From Hyphomicrobiales bacterium (lineage in GTDB: Bacteria > Pseudomonadota > Alphaproteobacteria > Rhizobiales > Beijerinckiaceae): a stretch of DNA of 64,000 nucleotides. A program made the translations under genes and the position numbers. Shown here piece after piece: positions 9,261-19,897 of this stretch; the stretch's first letter is position 1, and every line of letters begins with the position of its first letter. Location: the NCBI GenBank assembly GCA_031378805.1, contig JANNEO010000002.1:1170-65169 (forward strand), given 5' to 3'. The notes beneath the pieces are model-generated. The model made no database searches. It was not told the DNA's origin and saw only the letters and a program-made list of their open reading frames with translations.

Positions 9261-10358
9261 ATGGGCTTCAAATGCGGTATCGTCGGCCTGCCGAATGTCG
9301 GCAAGTCGACCCTCTTCAACGCGCTGACGCAGACCGCCGCCGCGCAGGCCGCGAATTATCCGTTCTGCACAATCGAGCCCAACGTCGGCGATGTGGCGGT
9401 GCCGGATGAGCGGCTGGACAAACTCTCGGCTATCGCGGGTTCGGCGCAGATCATCCCCACGCGACTTACTTTCGTTGATATCGCGGGCCTCGTGCGCGGC
9501 GCGTCGAAGGGCGAGGGTCTTGGCAACCAGTTCCTGGGCAACATCCGCGAATGCGACGCCATCGCCCATGTCGTGCGCTGTTTCGAGGATGGTGACATCA
9601 CCCACGTTGAAGGCAAGATCGATCCGCTTTCGGATATCGACACCATCGACACCGAATTGATGCTGGCCGATCTCGACAGCCTCGAGAAACGCGTGATCAA
9701 TCTCGAAAAGAAGGCCAAGACGGGCGACAAGGAGTCGAAGGAAGCGCTCGATCTCGTCAACCGCGCCCTCCCCCTGCTGCGCGATGGCAAGCCCGCCCGC
9801 ATGGTCAAGCGCACGGAGTATGAGGAAAGCGCGTTTCAGGCGCTCCAGCTCATCACCTCCAAGCCCGTGCTCTATGTCTGCAATGTGGAAGAAGCCTCCG
9901 CCGACAAGGGCAATGGCTTCTCGGAACGCGTCTTCGCCCGCGCCAAAGCTGAAGGCGCCAAGGCTGTCGTCGTCTCCGCCAAGATCGAGAGCGAGATCGC
10001 GGTGATGGCGCAGGAAGACCAGAAGGATTTTCTGGACGCCGTCGGCCTGCCAGAACCCGGTCTCAACCGCGTCATCCGCGAGGGCTACGAATTGCTCGGC
10101 CTGCTGACCTATTTCACGGTGGGACCGAAAGAAGCCCGGGCGTGGACCATCACCAGGGGAACCAAAGCCCCTGCGGCGGCGGGTGTGATCCACACGGATT
10201 TCGAGAAGGGCTTCATCCGGTCAGAGACGATTGCCTATCCGGATTACGTCGCATTCAAGGGCGAGGCCGGTGCGCGCGAAGCCGGCAAGTTTCGTCTCGA
10301 GGGGAAAGAGTATATTGTGGCCGATGGTGACGTGATGCACTTTCGATTCAATACGTGA
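9261..10358 (+). CDS. ychF: redox-regulated ribosome-binding ATPase YchF
   Basis: Motif GIVGLPNVGKSTLFNALT and a C-terminal TGS-like segment (VMHFRFN). 365 aa. Confidence 0.95.
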   Translation: MGFKCGIVGLPNVGKSTLFNALTQTAAAQAANYPFCTIEPNVGDVAVPDERLDKLSAIAGSAQIIPTRLTFVDIAGLVRGASKGEGLGNQFLGNIRECDAIAHVVRCFEDGDITHVEGKIDPLSDIDTIDTELMLADLDSLEKRVINLEKKAKTGDKESKEALDLVNRALPLLRDGKPARMVKRTEYEESAFQALQLITSKPVLYVCNVEEASADKGNGFSERVFARAKAEGAKAVVVSAKIESEIAVMAQEDQKDFLDAVGLPEPGLNRVIREGYELLGLLTYFTVGPKEARAWTITRGTKAPAAAGVIHTDFEKGFIRSETIAYPDYVAFKGEAGAREAGKFRLEGKEYIVADGDVMHFRFNT

Positions 10359-10370
10359 GGAAACTCCCCG

Positions 10371-10631
10371 ATGCTGGACACCATCAGTGATCTTATCTCC
10401 GGCATCGTCGAGCTGACAGCACGCGGCGTCTACGCCGTCGTCCGTATGCTCTTCGGCTGGGAAGCATCACGTGAACGCCCGGCATGGGTGCGCGTCGTCG
10501 CCATCGGGCTCATCCTGTTGCTGGCGGCAATCCTGTTTTCCATCTTCTACACGCTGTTCATCACCGCCTTTTATATTCTGCTCGCCATTGCGGCGATTGG
10601 CGCGGTTTTGGCGTTTTTTGCCGCAAGCTGA
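10371..10631 (+). CDS. small membrane protein, hypothetical
   Basis: 86 aa with two clear hydrophobic helices (VVAIGLILLLAAILFSIFYTLFITAFYILLAIAAIGAVLAFFAA). It follows ychF after a 12-nt gap. Confidence 0.45.
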   Translation: MLDTISDLISGIVELTARGVYAVVRMLFGWEASRERPAWVRVVAIGLILLLAAILFSIFYTLFITAFYILLAIAAIGAVLAFFAAS

Positions 10632-10635
10632 ATTC

Positions 10636-11646
10636 ATGCCTTCCCTCCACTTCGAAGACTTCACCCCCGGTTCCGCCATCCCCTACGGCTCCCTCACGGT
10701 GGAGCATGAACCCATGCTCGCCTTCGCCCGGCAGTTTGATGCGCAGCCCATGCATGTGGACGACAATGCCGCCAAAGCCACCATGGCGGGCGAGTTGATC
10801 GCATCAGGGTGGTACACCGCTGCCCTCAATATGCGGATGATCGCGGATGATTTTATCATGGACGCAGCCAGCATGGGCTCACCCGGCGTTTCCGAATTGA
10901 AATGGCTCAGGCCGGTGAAGGCGGGAGATGTCCTGCGCGGCATCCGCCATATCGTCGACCGGCGACCATCGCTGACCAAGCCCGACCGCGGTTTCGTCAA
11001 CTTCCGCTTCGAACTCTTCAACCAGCGGGATGAAGCGGTGTTTGAACAGACCAACCTGATCATGATCGGGCGGCGCGGCACCGAGGCGCTGAGCGATTCT
11101 GCCGCGCAGCCTTTCTCGACGAAACCGCCCGTGCTGCCAGAGTTTGTGGACAGGGATTTCGACACGATCCCATTCTTCGAGGACCTGACAATTGGTGATC
11201 GGCTCGATCTGGGTGCCGTCACTTTCACGGAGGCACAGATCATCCGCTTCGCCCGTGATTTTGATCCGCAATCCTTCCATGTCGATCCCGTTGCGGCCAA
11301 GGCATCGGTCTTCGGCGGCCTCATCGCTTCGGGCTGGCATACCGGTGCCAGCTGGATGGGCCAGATGGTGCGCAACCGCACGGCAGCCGCCATGAACGCC
11401 ATGCAACGCGGCGAGCGCCCGGCGCGGCTGGGGCCATCACCCGGCTTCCAGCATCTGAGATGGATCAAGCCGGTTTATGCAGGCGATACGATCCGCTACA
11501 CGTCCTCGATCTTCGAGAAACGGACATCTGCTTCGCGACCCGAATGGGGCATCGTCCGGCATTACAACACCGGCGTGAACCAGAAGGGGGAAACCGTTTT
11601 CTCCTTCATCGGTTCGGTTTTCTGGGAAAGGCGTCCGTCACAATGA
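10636..11646 (+). CDS. MaoC-like (R)-specific enoyl-CoA hydratase/dehydratase, double hot-dog
   Basis: Two similar halves, each with an HVD...A...F.G.IASGW motif. The start ATG at 10636 (MPSLHFEDF) was chosen because the ORF-track N-terminal extension overlaps the previous gene. Confidence 0.8.
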   Translation: MPSLHFEDFTPGSAIPYGSLTVEHEPMLAFARQFDAQPMHVDDNAAKATMAGELIASGWYTAALNMRMIADDFIMDAASMGSPGVSELKWLRPVKAGDVLRGIRHIVDRRPSLTKPDRGFVNFRFELFNQRDEAVFEQTNLIMIGRRGTEALSDSAAQPFSTKPPVLPEFVDRDFDTIPFFEDLTIGDRLDLGAVTFTEAQIIRFARDFDPQSFHVDPVAAKASVFGGLIASGWHTGASWMGQMVRNRTAAAMNAMQRGERPARLGPSPGFQHLRWIKPVYAGDTIRYTSSIFEKRTSASRPEWGIVRHYNTGVNQKGETVFSFIGSVFWERRPSQ

Positions 11647-12488
11647 GGTTTGAAGGCACAAAAGCCTATGTCGCGGGCGATGATCTCAAGATCGCGGTGA
11701 ATGCCGCCATCGCATTGGAGCGCCCGCTGCTGGTCAAGGGCGAGCCCGGCACCGGCAAGACCGTGCTGGCCGAGGAATTAGCCAAAGCCCTGAACGCGCC
11801 GCTGCTGCAATGGCACATCAAGTCCACGACCAAGGCGGCGCAGGGGCTTTATGAATACGACGCGGTGTCACGCTTGCGTGATAGCCAACTGGGTGATCCG
11901 AAGGTGTCCGACATCAGCAACTACATCCGGCGCGGCAAGCTGTGGGAGGCCTTCACCTCGGATGCGCGCCCGGTGCTGCTGATCGACGAGATCGACAAGG
12001 CTGACATCGAGTTTCCCAATGATCTGCTACTGGAACTCGACCGCATGGAGTTCCACGTCTACGAAACCGGCGAGACCATCAGGGCAGTGAAACGCCCGGT
12101 GGTCATCATCACCTCCAACAACGAGAAAGAGCTGCCGGACGCGTTTCTGCGGCGCTGCTTCTTCCACTACATCCGCTTCCCCGATGGCGAGATGCTGCAG
12201 AAGATCATCGACGTGCATTACCCCGGCATCAAGAAGCAACTGGTGGCCGAGGCGCTGAAGATCTTCTTCGCCGTGCGTGAGGCGCCTGGACTGAAGAAAA
12301 AGCCGTCAACATCGGAACTGCTGGACTGGCTGAAGCTGCTGGTATCGGAGGATATCGGCGTGGACGTGCTGCGTGAGCGCGACACCCGCAAGCTCATCCC
12401 GCCGCTGCACGGTGCCCTGCTCAAGAACGAACAGGATGTGGCCTTGTTCGAGAAGCTGGCGTTTCTGAACCGGCGGGAGAGCCGCTGA
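11643..12488 (+). CDS. MoxR-like AAA+ ATPase
   Basis: Walker A GEPGTGKTVLAEELAKAL, Walker B VLLIDEIDKA, and ITSNNEKELPDAFLRRC. ATGA overlap with the MaoC gene stop. Confidence 0.85.
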   Translation: MRFEGTKAYVAGDDLKIAVNAAIALERPLLVKGEPGTGKTVLAEELAKALNAPLLQWHIKSTTKAAQGLYEYDAVSRLRDSQLGDPKVSDISNYIRRGKLWEAFTSDARPVLLIDEIDKADIEFPNDLLLELDRMEFHVYETGETIRAVKRPVVIITSNNEKELPDAFLRRCFFHYIRFPDGEMLQKIIDVHYPGIKKQLVAEALKIFFAVREAPGLKKKPSTSELLDWLKLLVSEDIGVDVLRERDTRKLIPPLHGALLKNEQDVALFEKLAFLNRRESR

Positions 12489-12490
12489 CG

Positions 12491-12613
12491 TCAGCGGGTC
12501 ACCGGTTTGTCGTTGCACGCCTGCGCCCCGAATGTCGGCACGGAACATTTGCTGCAGGCCGAAAGGCTTGAGGCTGCAAGGAAAACGACGAGGACAAGAG
12601 CGGTGCGGCGCAT
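12491..12613 (-). CDS. small putative lipoprotein (40 aa, Cys-rich mature part)
   Basis: MRRTALVLVVFLAASSLSAC has a lipobox (LSAC). The rest of the 215-aa ORF-track frame has no coding-like features. Divergent from the TetR gene. Confidence 0.4.
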   Translation of the reverse strand: MRRTALVLVVFLAASSLSACSKCSVPTFGAQACNDKPVTR

Positions 12614-12751
12614 GCTGGTGAGTTCCGTGATTTGCGCAGTGGTAACACAGCGGGTGCATCGATCCAACACGTCGCTTGCCCTGCGGCACCGTCCCCTCTG
12701 TTGTTTTTTGCCATGTGATCCTATGTTGACGTCACAGCAAGGAGCAATTCC

Positions 12752-13453
12752 ATGGCAAAATTCCCCGCAAGCAAGACACCCAAAACGGAGCAGGCCTCCC
12801 CGCGTGACCGCATCATCGATGCGCTGATGACGCTGGCCGGTGATATGCGCTGGGACCAGATCACGCTGTCCATGATCACGGCCAAGGCCGATGTCTCGCT
12901 GGCCGACCTGCGCGATCATTACCCGTCCAAGGGTGCTATTTTGGGTGGCTTCTCCAAACGCATCGACCGGATCGTGCTGGATGGCACGGGTGATGACATG
13001 CTGGGCGAACCGGCGCGCGAGCGCGTGCTCGACATCATGATGCGCCGCCTTGATGCGCTCGCCCCCTACAAGGCGGGCCTCAAGGAAATCCGCAATGCCA
13101 CCCGGCGCGATCCGCTGATGCTGGCGGCGCTCAACCAATTGGCCCTCAATTCATGGCGCTACATGCTCGCCGCCGCCGATATCGAGACGGAGGACGAGCT
13201 TGGCATCTTGCGCATCCAGGGCGCGGCACTCGTATTCGTGCGCACGCTCGACACCTGGTTCGATGACGAGGGCGAGGACCTGGCGCGCACCATGGCGAAG
13301 CTCGACAAGGAACTGGGCAATGGCGAGAAGATCATGGGCCGGTTGCAGGACCTGCAACGGCTGGCCGCACCGTTCCGCGGCTTTTTCCGTGCGGCCATGG
13401 AGCGGCGCGCCAGCAAACGCAGCCCGGATGGCGAAAGCCGTGCGTCGTGGTAA
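12752..13453 (+). CDS. TetR/AcrR family transcriptional regulator
   Basis: N-terminal HTH region RDRIIDALMTLAGDMRWDQITLSMITAKADVSLADLRDHYPSK. Confidence 0.8.
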   Translation: MAKFPASKTPKTEQASPRDRIIDALMTLAGDMRWDQITLSMITAKADVSLADLRDHYPSKGAILGGFSKRIDRIVLDGTGDDMLGEPARERVLDIMMRRLDALAPYKAGLKEIRNATRRDPLMLAALNQLALNSWRYMLAAADIETEDELGILRIQGAALVFVRTLDTWFDDEGEDLARTMAKLDKELGNGEKIMGRLQDLQRLAAPFRGFFRAAMERRASKRSPDGESRASW

Positions 13454-13482
13454 GAAGACTCTGGATTGTTCAGAGGTGACGG

Positions 13483-13743
13483 ATGGCTGAGGATTTTTTC
13501 TACCGTCTCGGACGCGCCGCTGGCATGGCCAAGCAGGCGATCCAGAAAACGACCGCACAGGAGATTGAAGGCATTGCCACGCTGGAAGGCCACGGCAAGA
13601 TCACGATCATCGTGAACGAAAAACCGGATGGTACGAAAATCATGCTGTTGAAGGCCAAGGGTGCCGAATCGACGGTCTTTGTGGGCTTCGATCACGACCA
13701 GCTTGAGGCCTTCAAGGCCCAGCTTGCCGAAATCCGGATCTGA
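13483..13743 (+). CDS. hypothetical small protein
   Basis: 86-aa ORF 30 nt downstream of the TetR gene. No family recognised. Confidence 0.4.
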   Translation: MAEDFFYRLGRAAGMAKQAIQKTTAQEIEGIATLEGHGKITIIVNEKPDGTKIMLLKAKGAESTVFVGFDHDQLEAFKAQLAEIRI

Positions 13744-13891
13744 GCATTAGGCAAAACACCGCATGGGACACCATAACGCCGCAGTTTTGATCGCTTGTCC
13801 TTGGCATTGGACCATGCGTTGCCTACATTAGCATTATCGAAGTGTATCAATCCGCCGAAACAATCCCTCCGGCGAAACGAGGTCTGACCTG

Positions 13892-15814
13892 ATGAACCCG
13901 AATCTGCGCAACTTTGCGCTCTGGACCATCATTTTCCTGCTGGTGCTGGCACTGGTTACCCTGTTCCAGAACCAGGGGACGCGTAGCCCTTCCTCGGAGA
14001 TTGCCTACAGCCGCTTCCTTGACGAGGTGGATGCAGGCCGCGTCGAACGCGTCGTGATCTCCGGCAACGAGATCAGCGGCACAATCACGGGAACAGGCAC
14101 ATTCACCACCTACGCCCCGCAGGACCCCCGCATCGTCGAGCGCCTGCACGAAAAGAAGGTGCAGATCGTTGCCCGCTCTCCCAACGCGGATACACCGTGG
14201 TATATTTCGCTGCTGGCCAACTGGCTGCCCCTGCTCGTCATCATCGGCCTGTGGATTTTCATGTCCCGGCAGATGCAGAACGGTGCACGCGGCGCGATGG
14301 GCTTCGGCAAATCCAAGGCCAAGCTGCTGACGGAAGCACATGGCCGCATCACCTTTGACGATGTTGCCGGTATCGATGAAGCCAAGGAAGACCTGATGGA
14401 GATTGTCGAATTTTTGCGTGACCCGCAAAAGTTTCAGCGCCTTGGCGGGCGTATTCCAAGAGGCGTACTGCTGATTGGCCCTCCCGGTACTGGTAAAACG
14501 CTAACCGCACGCGCCGTCGCGGGCGAAGCCAATGTACCATTCTTCACGATTTCGGGTTCCGACTTTGTCGAAATGTTCGTCGGCGTCGGCGCCTCCCGCG
14601 TGCGTGACATGTTCGATCAGGCCAAGAAGAATGCGCCCTGCATCATTTTCATTGACGAAATCGATGCTGTCGGTCGCCACCGCGGCGCTGGGCTTGGCGG
14701 CGGCAACGACGAGCGCGAGCAGACCTTGAACCAGTTGCTGGTCGAGATGGATGGCTTCGAGCCAAACGAGAGCATCATCATCATCGCCGCCACCAACCGC
14801 CCGGATGTGCTGGACCCGGCACTGCTGCGCCCCGGCCGTTTCGACAGGCAGATTACCGTGCCGAACCCTGATGTGAACGGACGTGACAAGATCCTGAAGG
14901 TGCATGTACGCAAGGTGCCATTGGCTCCCGACGTCGATCTGCGGATCATCGCGCGCGGAACGCCAGGCTTCTCGGGCGCAGACCTTATGAATCTGGTCAA
15001 CGAGGCTGCCCTTCTGGCCGCACGTCGTGGCCGCCGGCTGGTGACGCACGCCGAATTCGAAGACGCCAAGGACAAGGTCATGATGGGCGCGGAGCGCAAG
15101 TCGATGGCCATGTCGGAGGATGACAAGAAGCTGACGGCCTACCACGAGGCGGGCCACGCACTGGTCGGCCTCAGCGTGCCTGCGGGAATGCCGGTCCACA
15201 AGGCCACGATCATCCCGCGCGGACGGGCACTCGGCATGGTCAAGTTCTTGCCGGAAGGCGACAAATATTCGATGCGTTACGTCGAATACACCTCGCATCT
15301 GGCCGTCGCCATGGGTGGCCGCGTGGCGGAGGAGCTGATCTTCGGCAAGGAAAACATCACCTCTGGCGCACAAGGCGACATCCAGCAGGCCACAGCCATG
15401 GCGCGCGCCATGGTCACGCGCCTGGGCTATTCCGATGAACTGGGGACCGTGATGTATGGCGACCAGCAGGAAGAGGTGTTCCTGGGCATGTCCATGGGCC
15501 GCCAGCAGAGCATGTCGGAAGCCACTGCACAGAAGGTGGACGCAGAGGTCCGCCGCCTGATCAATGGTGGCTATGAGGATGCTCGCAAGATCCTGACAGC
15601 GAAGAAGAAGCAGTTGGAGGCCGTCGCCAAGGCATTGCTGGAATACGAGACGCTGACCGGCGATGAACTGAAGGATATCATTGCGGGAAGGCCGATCAAC
15701 CGGCCTGATGACGACCAGCCCACGACACCACGGGGCACCGCAGTGCCATCGACCGGCAAGGGCAGGCCCAAGCAGGAGCCTGACGCGGGCATGGAACCCC
15801 AGCCGCAAGCCTGA
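13892..15814 (+). CDS. ftsH: ATP-dependent zinc metalloprotease FtsH
   Basis: Motifs [28 protein letters not shown] and HEAGHAL (zinc site). 640 aa with an N-terminal TM helix. Confidence 0.97.
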   Translation: MNPNLRNFALWTIIFLLVLALVTLFQNQGTRSPSSEIAYSRFLDEVDAGRVERVVISGNEISGTITGTGTFTTYAPQDPRIVERLHEKKVQIVARSPNADTPWYISLLANWLPLLVIIGLWIFMSRQMQNGARGAMGFGKSKAKLLTEAHGRITFDDVAGIDEAKEDLMEIVEFLRDPQKFQRLGGRIPRGVLLIGPPGTGKTLTARAVAGEANVPFFTISGSDFVEMFVGVGASRVRDMFDQAKKNAPCIIFIDEIDAVGRHRGAGLGGGNDEREQTLNQLLVEMDGFEPNESIIIIAATNRPDVLDPALLRPGRFDRQITVPNPDVNGRDKILKVHVRKVPLAPDVDLRIIARGTPGFSGADLMNLVNEAALLAARRGRRLVTHAEFEDAKDKVMMGAERKSMAMSEDDKKLTAYHEAGHALVGLSVPAGMPVHKATIIPRGRALGMVKFLPEGDKYSMRYVEYTSHLAVAMGGRVAEELIFGKENITSGAQGDIQQATAMARAMVTRLGYSDELGTVMYGDQQEEVFLGMSMGRQQSMSEATAQKVDAEVRRLINGGYEDARKILTAKKKQLEAVAKALLEYETLTGDELKDIIAGRPINRPDDDQPTTPRGTAVPSTGKGRPKQEPDAGMEPQPQA

Positions 15815-15847
15815 TTGGCTGCACCCTTCTGCGGTGATTTAATCTCA

Positions 15848-15877
15848 AAGCCGGATGCGAACAGCGTCCGGCTTTTT
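15848..15877. terminator. bidirectional rho-independent terminator between ftsH and deoB
   Basis: The stem gccggatgc/gcgtccggc (one G-U pair) is flanked by aaa and ttttt. The T-run abuts the deoB stop codon. Confidence 0.6.
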
Positions 15878-17109
15878 CAATGCTTGAAGGTGAACGCGAT
15901 CGGTTGACCGAAAGGCGTGGCCGGCAAGCCCAGATGCCACGCAACCGTGCTGGCGATATCGGCAAAAGTCTCTCGCCGTCCGGCATTGGCTGCAACAATG
16001 TCCGGGGCCGTCATAAGAACCGGCACGCATTCCCGCGTGTGGTCAGTCCCCCGCCAGGTCGGATCATTGCCATGATCTGCCGTGATGATCAGAAGATCAC
16101 CCGGCTTCAGGCAAGCCTCGATCTGCGGAAGGCGTCTGTCGAACGCTTCGAGGCAAGCCGCATAACCCGGCACATCACGGCGGTGGCCATACTCTGTGTC
16201 GAAATCCACCAGGTTCACGAACAGGAAGCCGCCATCGGCCAGGCCGTCCAAAGTTTGGATCAGCAGGGTGACATGCTCGTCGTTGGAGCGGCCCTTGCGC
16301 TCCAGCCCGGTATGGCGATGCGCAAAGATATCGCCGATCTTGCCGATCGTGACCACGCTGCGGCCAGCTGCAGCGCAGCGATCAAGAATATTGCCATCAG
16401 GTGGGGGAATGGCGAAGTCCTTGCGGTTTGGCGTGCGCTTGAAATCAGCCTTCGTCGTGCCCAGAAACGGCCTGGCGATCACCCGTCCGATCATGAGCGG
16501 ATCGACCAGCTTGCGACATATCTTGCAGAGATCATAGAGACGCTGCAATCCGAACCGCTCCTCATGGGCCGCGATCTGCAGCACTGAATCGACCGAGGTG
16601 TAGAGGATCGGTTTGCCCGTCCGCAGGCTCTCCTCGCCAAACTCCTCGATCACGCCGGTGCCCGACGCGTGACGGTCACCCAGGATGCCCGGCAGATGTC
16701 CCTCACGAACAATCGCCGCCGTCAGATCGGCGGGAAAGCTAGGAATGGTAGCGGCGAAGTAGCCCCACTCGAAAGGCACGGGACATCCCGCGATCTCCCA
16801 GTGGCCCGACGGCGTGTCCTTGCCGCGCGAGGTCTCGATGGCGGCGGCTGCAATCCCGCGTCGGGGTTGGGCCGAAAACCCCGGAGCGAGCGTGCCCGTC
16901 GCAGCATGACCCGCCGCTCCCAGCCCCAGTGCATCGAGGTTCGGCAATCGAAGTGGTCCTTCTCGCAATCCGGCTTGATCACCCTGCCCAGTGGTGCAAG
17001 CCGCCGCGATATGCCCGAACGTGTTGCTTCCAGCATCGCCGTAAGCTGCCGCATCGGGCGCGCCACCAATGCCGAAACTGTCGAGAACGACAATGATCGC
17101 GCGAGCCAT
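15877..17109 (-). CDS. deoB: phosphopentomutase
   Basis: Motifs [21 protein letters not shown] and [10 protein letters not shown]. 410 aa. Confidence 0.9.
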   Translation of the reverse strand: MARAIIVVLDSFGIGGAPDAAAYGDAGSNTFGHIAAACTTGQGDQAGLREGPLRLPNLDALGLGAAGHAATGTLAPGFSAQPRRGIAAAAIETSRGKDTPSGHWEIAGCPVPFEWGYFAATIPSFPADLTAAIVREGHLPGILGDRHASGTGVIEEFGEESLRTGKPILYTSVDSVLQIAAHEERFGLQRLYDLCKICRKLVDPLMIGRVIARPFLGTTKADFKRTPNRKDFAIPPPDGNILDRCAAAGRSVVTIGKIGDIFAHRHTGLERKGRSNDEHVTLLIQTLDGLADGGFLFVNLVDFDTEYGHRRDVPGYAACLEAFDRRLPQIEACLKPGDLLIITADHGNDPTWRGTDHTRECVPVLMTAPDIVAANAGRRETFADIASTVAWHLGLPATPFGQPIAFTFKH

Positions 17110-17114
17110 GCCGA

Positions 17115-18737
17115 TCAGCTGGCCATTGCGGGCGCAGCTTCGTGGCTGAAGGCCGCCGCAAGCAATGCCTTGGTATAGTCCGTCTGCGGATTGGCGAAGA
17201 TGTCCGCCGCAGGCCCGGCTTCCACGACCTTGCCGTCCTTCATAACGATCAGCTCATTCGCCAGGGCACGCACCACCTGCAAGTCATGGCTGATGAAAAG
17301 ATAGGCCAGACCGCGCTCGGCCTGAAACTTGCGCAACAGCTCCACGATCTGCACTTGCACGGTCTTGTCCAGCGCGGACGTCGGTTCATCCAGCACCACG
17401 AATTTCGGGCTCAGCGCCATGGCGCGGGCAATGGCAATGCGCTGGCGCTGCCCACCTGAAAACTCGTGCGGATAGCGATCCATCGCGGCCGGATCGAGTC
17501 CCACATCCTGCAAGGACTTGGCAACGATCTCGCGGCGCGCTGCATAGGACAGCGCAGCATTCTGGACGACCAGCCCCTCCTCCACGATTTCCGCGACGGA
17601 CAGGCGCGGCGACAGCGAGCCGAAGGGATCCTGAAAGACGATCTGAAGATCTTTCCGCAAGGGGCGCATCTCCTTGAACAACTTGCCGTCGATGCGTTCG
17701 CCCATGAACAGGATGGGGCCATCGGAGCGGATGAGCCGCAGGATCGCCTGACCAAGCGTGGTCTTGCCCGATCCCGATTCGCCGACCACGCCAACCGTTT
17801 CCCCCTCGCGCACCGTCACCGAGATTTCATCGACCGCCTTCACATGGCCCACGGTCTTGCGCAGGAAACCCTTCTTGATCGGAAACCAGATTTTCAGCTT
17901 GTCTGTCTCAACGATGACCTTGCGCGACAGGTCCGGTCGCGCCGGGCGCCCCTTTGGCTCCGACGCCAGAAGCGCCTGCGTGTAGGGATGCTGCGGTTTG
18001 CCGAAGACATCGGCCACCGACCCGGCTTCCACGACCTGGCCCTTCTTCATGACCACGACATTGTGGGCGAGCTTGCGCACGATGCCCAGGTCATGGGTGA
18101 TGAACAGGATCGCCATGCCGTGCTCGGCCTGCAGCTTCTTCAACAGCGCCAGGATTTGTGCCTGCACCGTCACATCCAGCGCCGTCGTCGGCTCATCCGC
18201 GATCAGCAGTTCCGGCTCGTTCGCCAGCGCCATGGCAATCATCACGCGTTGGCGCTGCCCGCCCGAAAGCTGGTGCGGGTAAGCCGCAAGCCGCTCCTCG
18301 ACATTGGGGATGCCGACCTTGCTCAGCAGTTCGATGACGCGCGGGCGCAGGTTGGAGCCAGACACGCGGCCATGCAATTCAAGAATTTCGCCGATCTGCT
18401 GCTCGATCGTGTGTAGCGGATTGAGCGAGGTCATCGGCTCCTGAAACACCATCGTGATGTCATTGCCACGGATCGCCCGCATCTCGTCCTCGGACGCCTT
18501 CAGGAGATCGCGGCCGTTGAAGATGATCTCGCCCGAGGGATGCGAGGCGGCGGGATAGGCCAGAAGCTTGACGATGGAGAGTGCGGACACTGATTTTCCC
18601 GAGCCGGATTCACCCACCACGGCCAGCGTCTCGCCTTTCCTTACCGAGAATGATACCCGGTCAACTGCAAGCGTCTCCTTTCCGCCCTGGCGAAAGGCAA
18701 CGGAGAGATCACGAACGGTGAGAAGGGGTTGGCTCAC
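17115..18737 (-). CDS. yejF: ABC transporter ATP-binding protein, duplicated ATPase (YejF-like, peptide/microcin C type)
   Basis: Two Walker A motifs (GESGSGKS twice), two LSGGQRQR signatures and a GTG start. GTGA overlap with the yejE stop. Confidence 0.85.
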   Translation of the reverse strand: MSQPLLTVRDLSVAFRQGGKETLAVDRVSFSVRKGETLAVVGESGSGKSVSALSIVKLLAYPAASHPSGEIIFNGRDLLKASEDEMRAIRGNDITMVFQEPMTSLNPLHTIEQQIGEILELHGRVSGSNLRPRVIELLSKVGIPNVEERLAAYPHQLSGGQRQRVMIAMALANEPELLIADEPTTALDVTVQAQILALLKKLQAEHGMAILFITHDLGIVRKLAHNVVVMKKGQVVEAGSVADVFGKPQHPYTQALLASEPKGRPARPDLSRKVIVETDKLKIWFPIKKGFLRKTVGHVKAVDEISVTVREGETVGVVGESGSGKTTLGQAILRLIRSDGPILFMGERIDGKLFKEMRPLRKDLQIVFQDPFGSLSPRLSVAEIVEEGLVVQNAALSYAARREIVAKSLQDVGLDPAAMDRYPHEFSGGQRQRIAIARAMALSPKFVVLDEPTSALDKTVQVQIVELLRKFQAERGLAYLFISHDLQVVRALANELIVMKDGKVVEAGPAADIFANPQTDYTKALLAAAFSHEAAPAMAS

Positions 18738-19894
18738 GCGAAGGTCTTCCTCGGATCAAAGGCATCCCGCACCGCCTCGCCGATGAAGATCAGCAGCGAC
18801 AGCATCAGAGCGATCACCGAAAACGCCGTCATGCCCAGCCACGGGGCCTGCAGATTGGATTTGCCCTGCTGCAGCATTTCACCCAGCGAGGGTGAACCCG
18901 GAGGCAGGCCGAAGCCGAGGAAGTCGAGGCTCGTGAGGGTGGTGATCGAACCGTTGAGGATGAAGGGCATCATCGTCAGCGTCGCCACCATGGCGTTGGG
19001 CAGCACGTGCTTCCACATGATCTTGCCGTTGGAGAGGCCCAGGGCACGGGCCGCTTTCACGTATTCCAGGTTGCGGGCGCGCAGGAACTCGGCCCGCACC
19101 ACATTCACCAGCGACACCCACGAAAACAGCAGCAGGATCCCCAGCAACACGAAGAACGAAGGCGCAATCACACTGGAAATGATGATCAGCAGATAAAGCG
19201 ATGGCAGGCTCGTCCAGATTTCGATGAACCGCTGGAAGATCAGATCTGTCCAGCCTCCGAAATAGCCCTGTACCGCCCCCGCCGCGATGCCGATGACGGA
19301 GGAGACCAGCGCCAGCGTCAGGCCGAACAGCACGGAGATGCGAAAGCCATAGATCGCGCGCGCCAGCACGTCGCGGCCCTGGTCATCGGTCCCCAGCCAG
19401 TTCCACTCGATATCCCGACACGTGGTGCCGCCGCGCTTCTCAGCCACAGCCTTGCAGTCCGCATCCTGGAGCAGCCAGGTCGGCAGGCTGGGAAAATGCT
19501 TGGGAGTCTCGCGGTTGATCGTGCGGTAGGAAAAATGGACCGGCGGCCACAGCATCCAGCCATTGGCACGGATTTCGTCCGCGATCACGGGATCGCGATA
19601 ATCCGTCCGGGCCAGAAAGCCACCAAATTTTTCCTCGGGATAATTGATGGAAGCCGGAAACAGCCACTCGCCCTTGTAGCGGGCAATCAGCGGGCGATCA
19701 TTGGCGATGACTTCGGCGAAAAGCGTGACAAAGAACAGCACGAGGAACAACCAGAACGACCAATATCCCCGCTTGTTGGCGCGGAAATTGGCCAGCCTGC
19801 GCTGGTTGATCGGCGTCAGCCTGATCCACCCCTTCTGCTCGAGCACAGGAGCGAGCGACAGTGCATCGGTGGCCGTGAGGGAGACGTCGCTCAT
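18734..19894 (-). CDS. yejE: ABC transporter permease (YejE-like)
   Basis: 386-aa multi-TM protein of the BPD-transport type, in an operon with the yejB and yejF homologs. Confidence 0.8.
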   Translation of the reverse strand: MSDVSLTATDALSLAPVLEQKGWIRLTPINQRRLANFRANKRGYWSFWLFLVLFFVTLFAEVIANDRPLIARYKGEWLFPASINYPEEKFGGFLARTDYRDPVIADEIRANGWMLWPPVHFSYRTINRETPKHFPSLPTWLLQDADCKAVAEKRGGTTCRDIEWNWLGTDDQGRDVLARAIYGFRISVLFGLTLALVSSVIGIAAGAVQGYFGGWTDLIFQRFIEIWTSLPSLYLLIIISSVIAPSFFVLLGILLLFSWVSLVNVVRAEFLRARNLEYVKAARALGLSNGKIMWKHVLPNAMVATLTMMPFILNGSITTLTSLDFLGFGLPPGSPSLGEMLQQGKSNLQAPWLGMTAFSVIALMLSLLIFIGEAVRDAFDPRKTFA

Positions 19895-19897
19895 GGC

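Noticed and set aside
12491-13138. 215-aa minus-strand ORF opposite the TetR gene.
   Set aside because: Most of it is antisense to a convincing TetR-family gene and has no recognisable motifs. I kept only the terminal 40 codons (lipoprotein-like) as a low-confidence feature.
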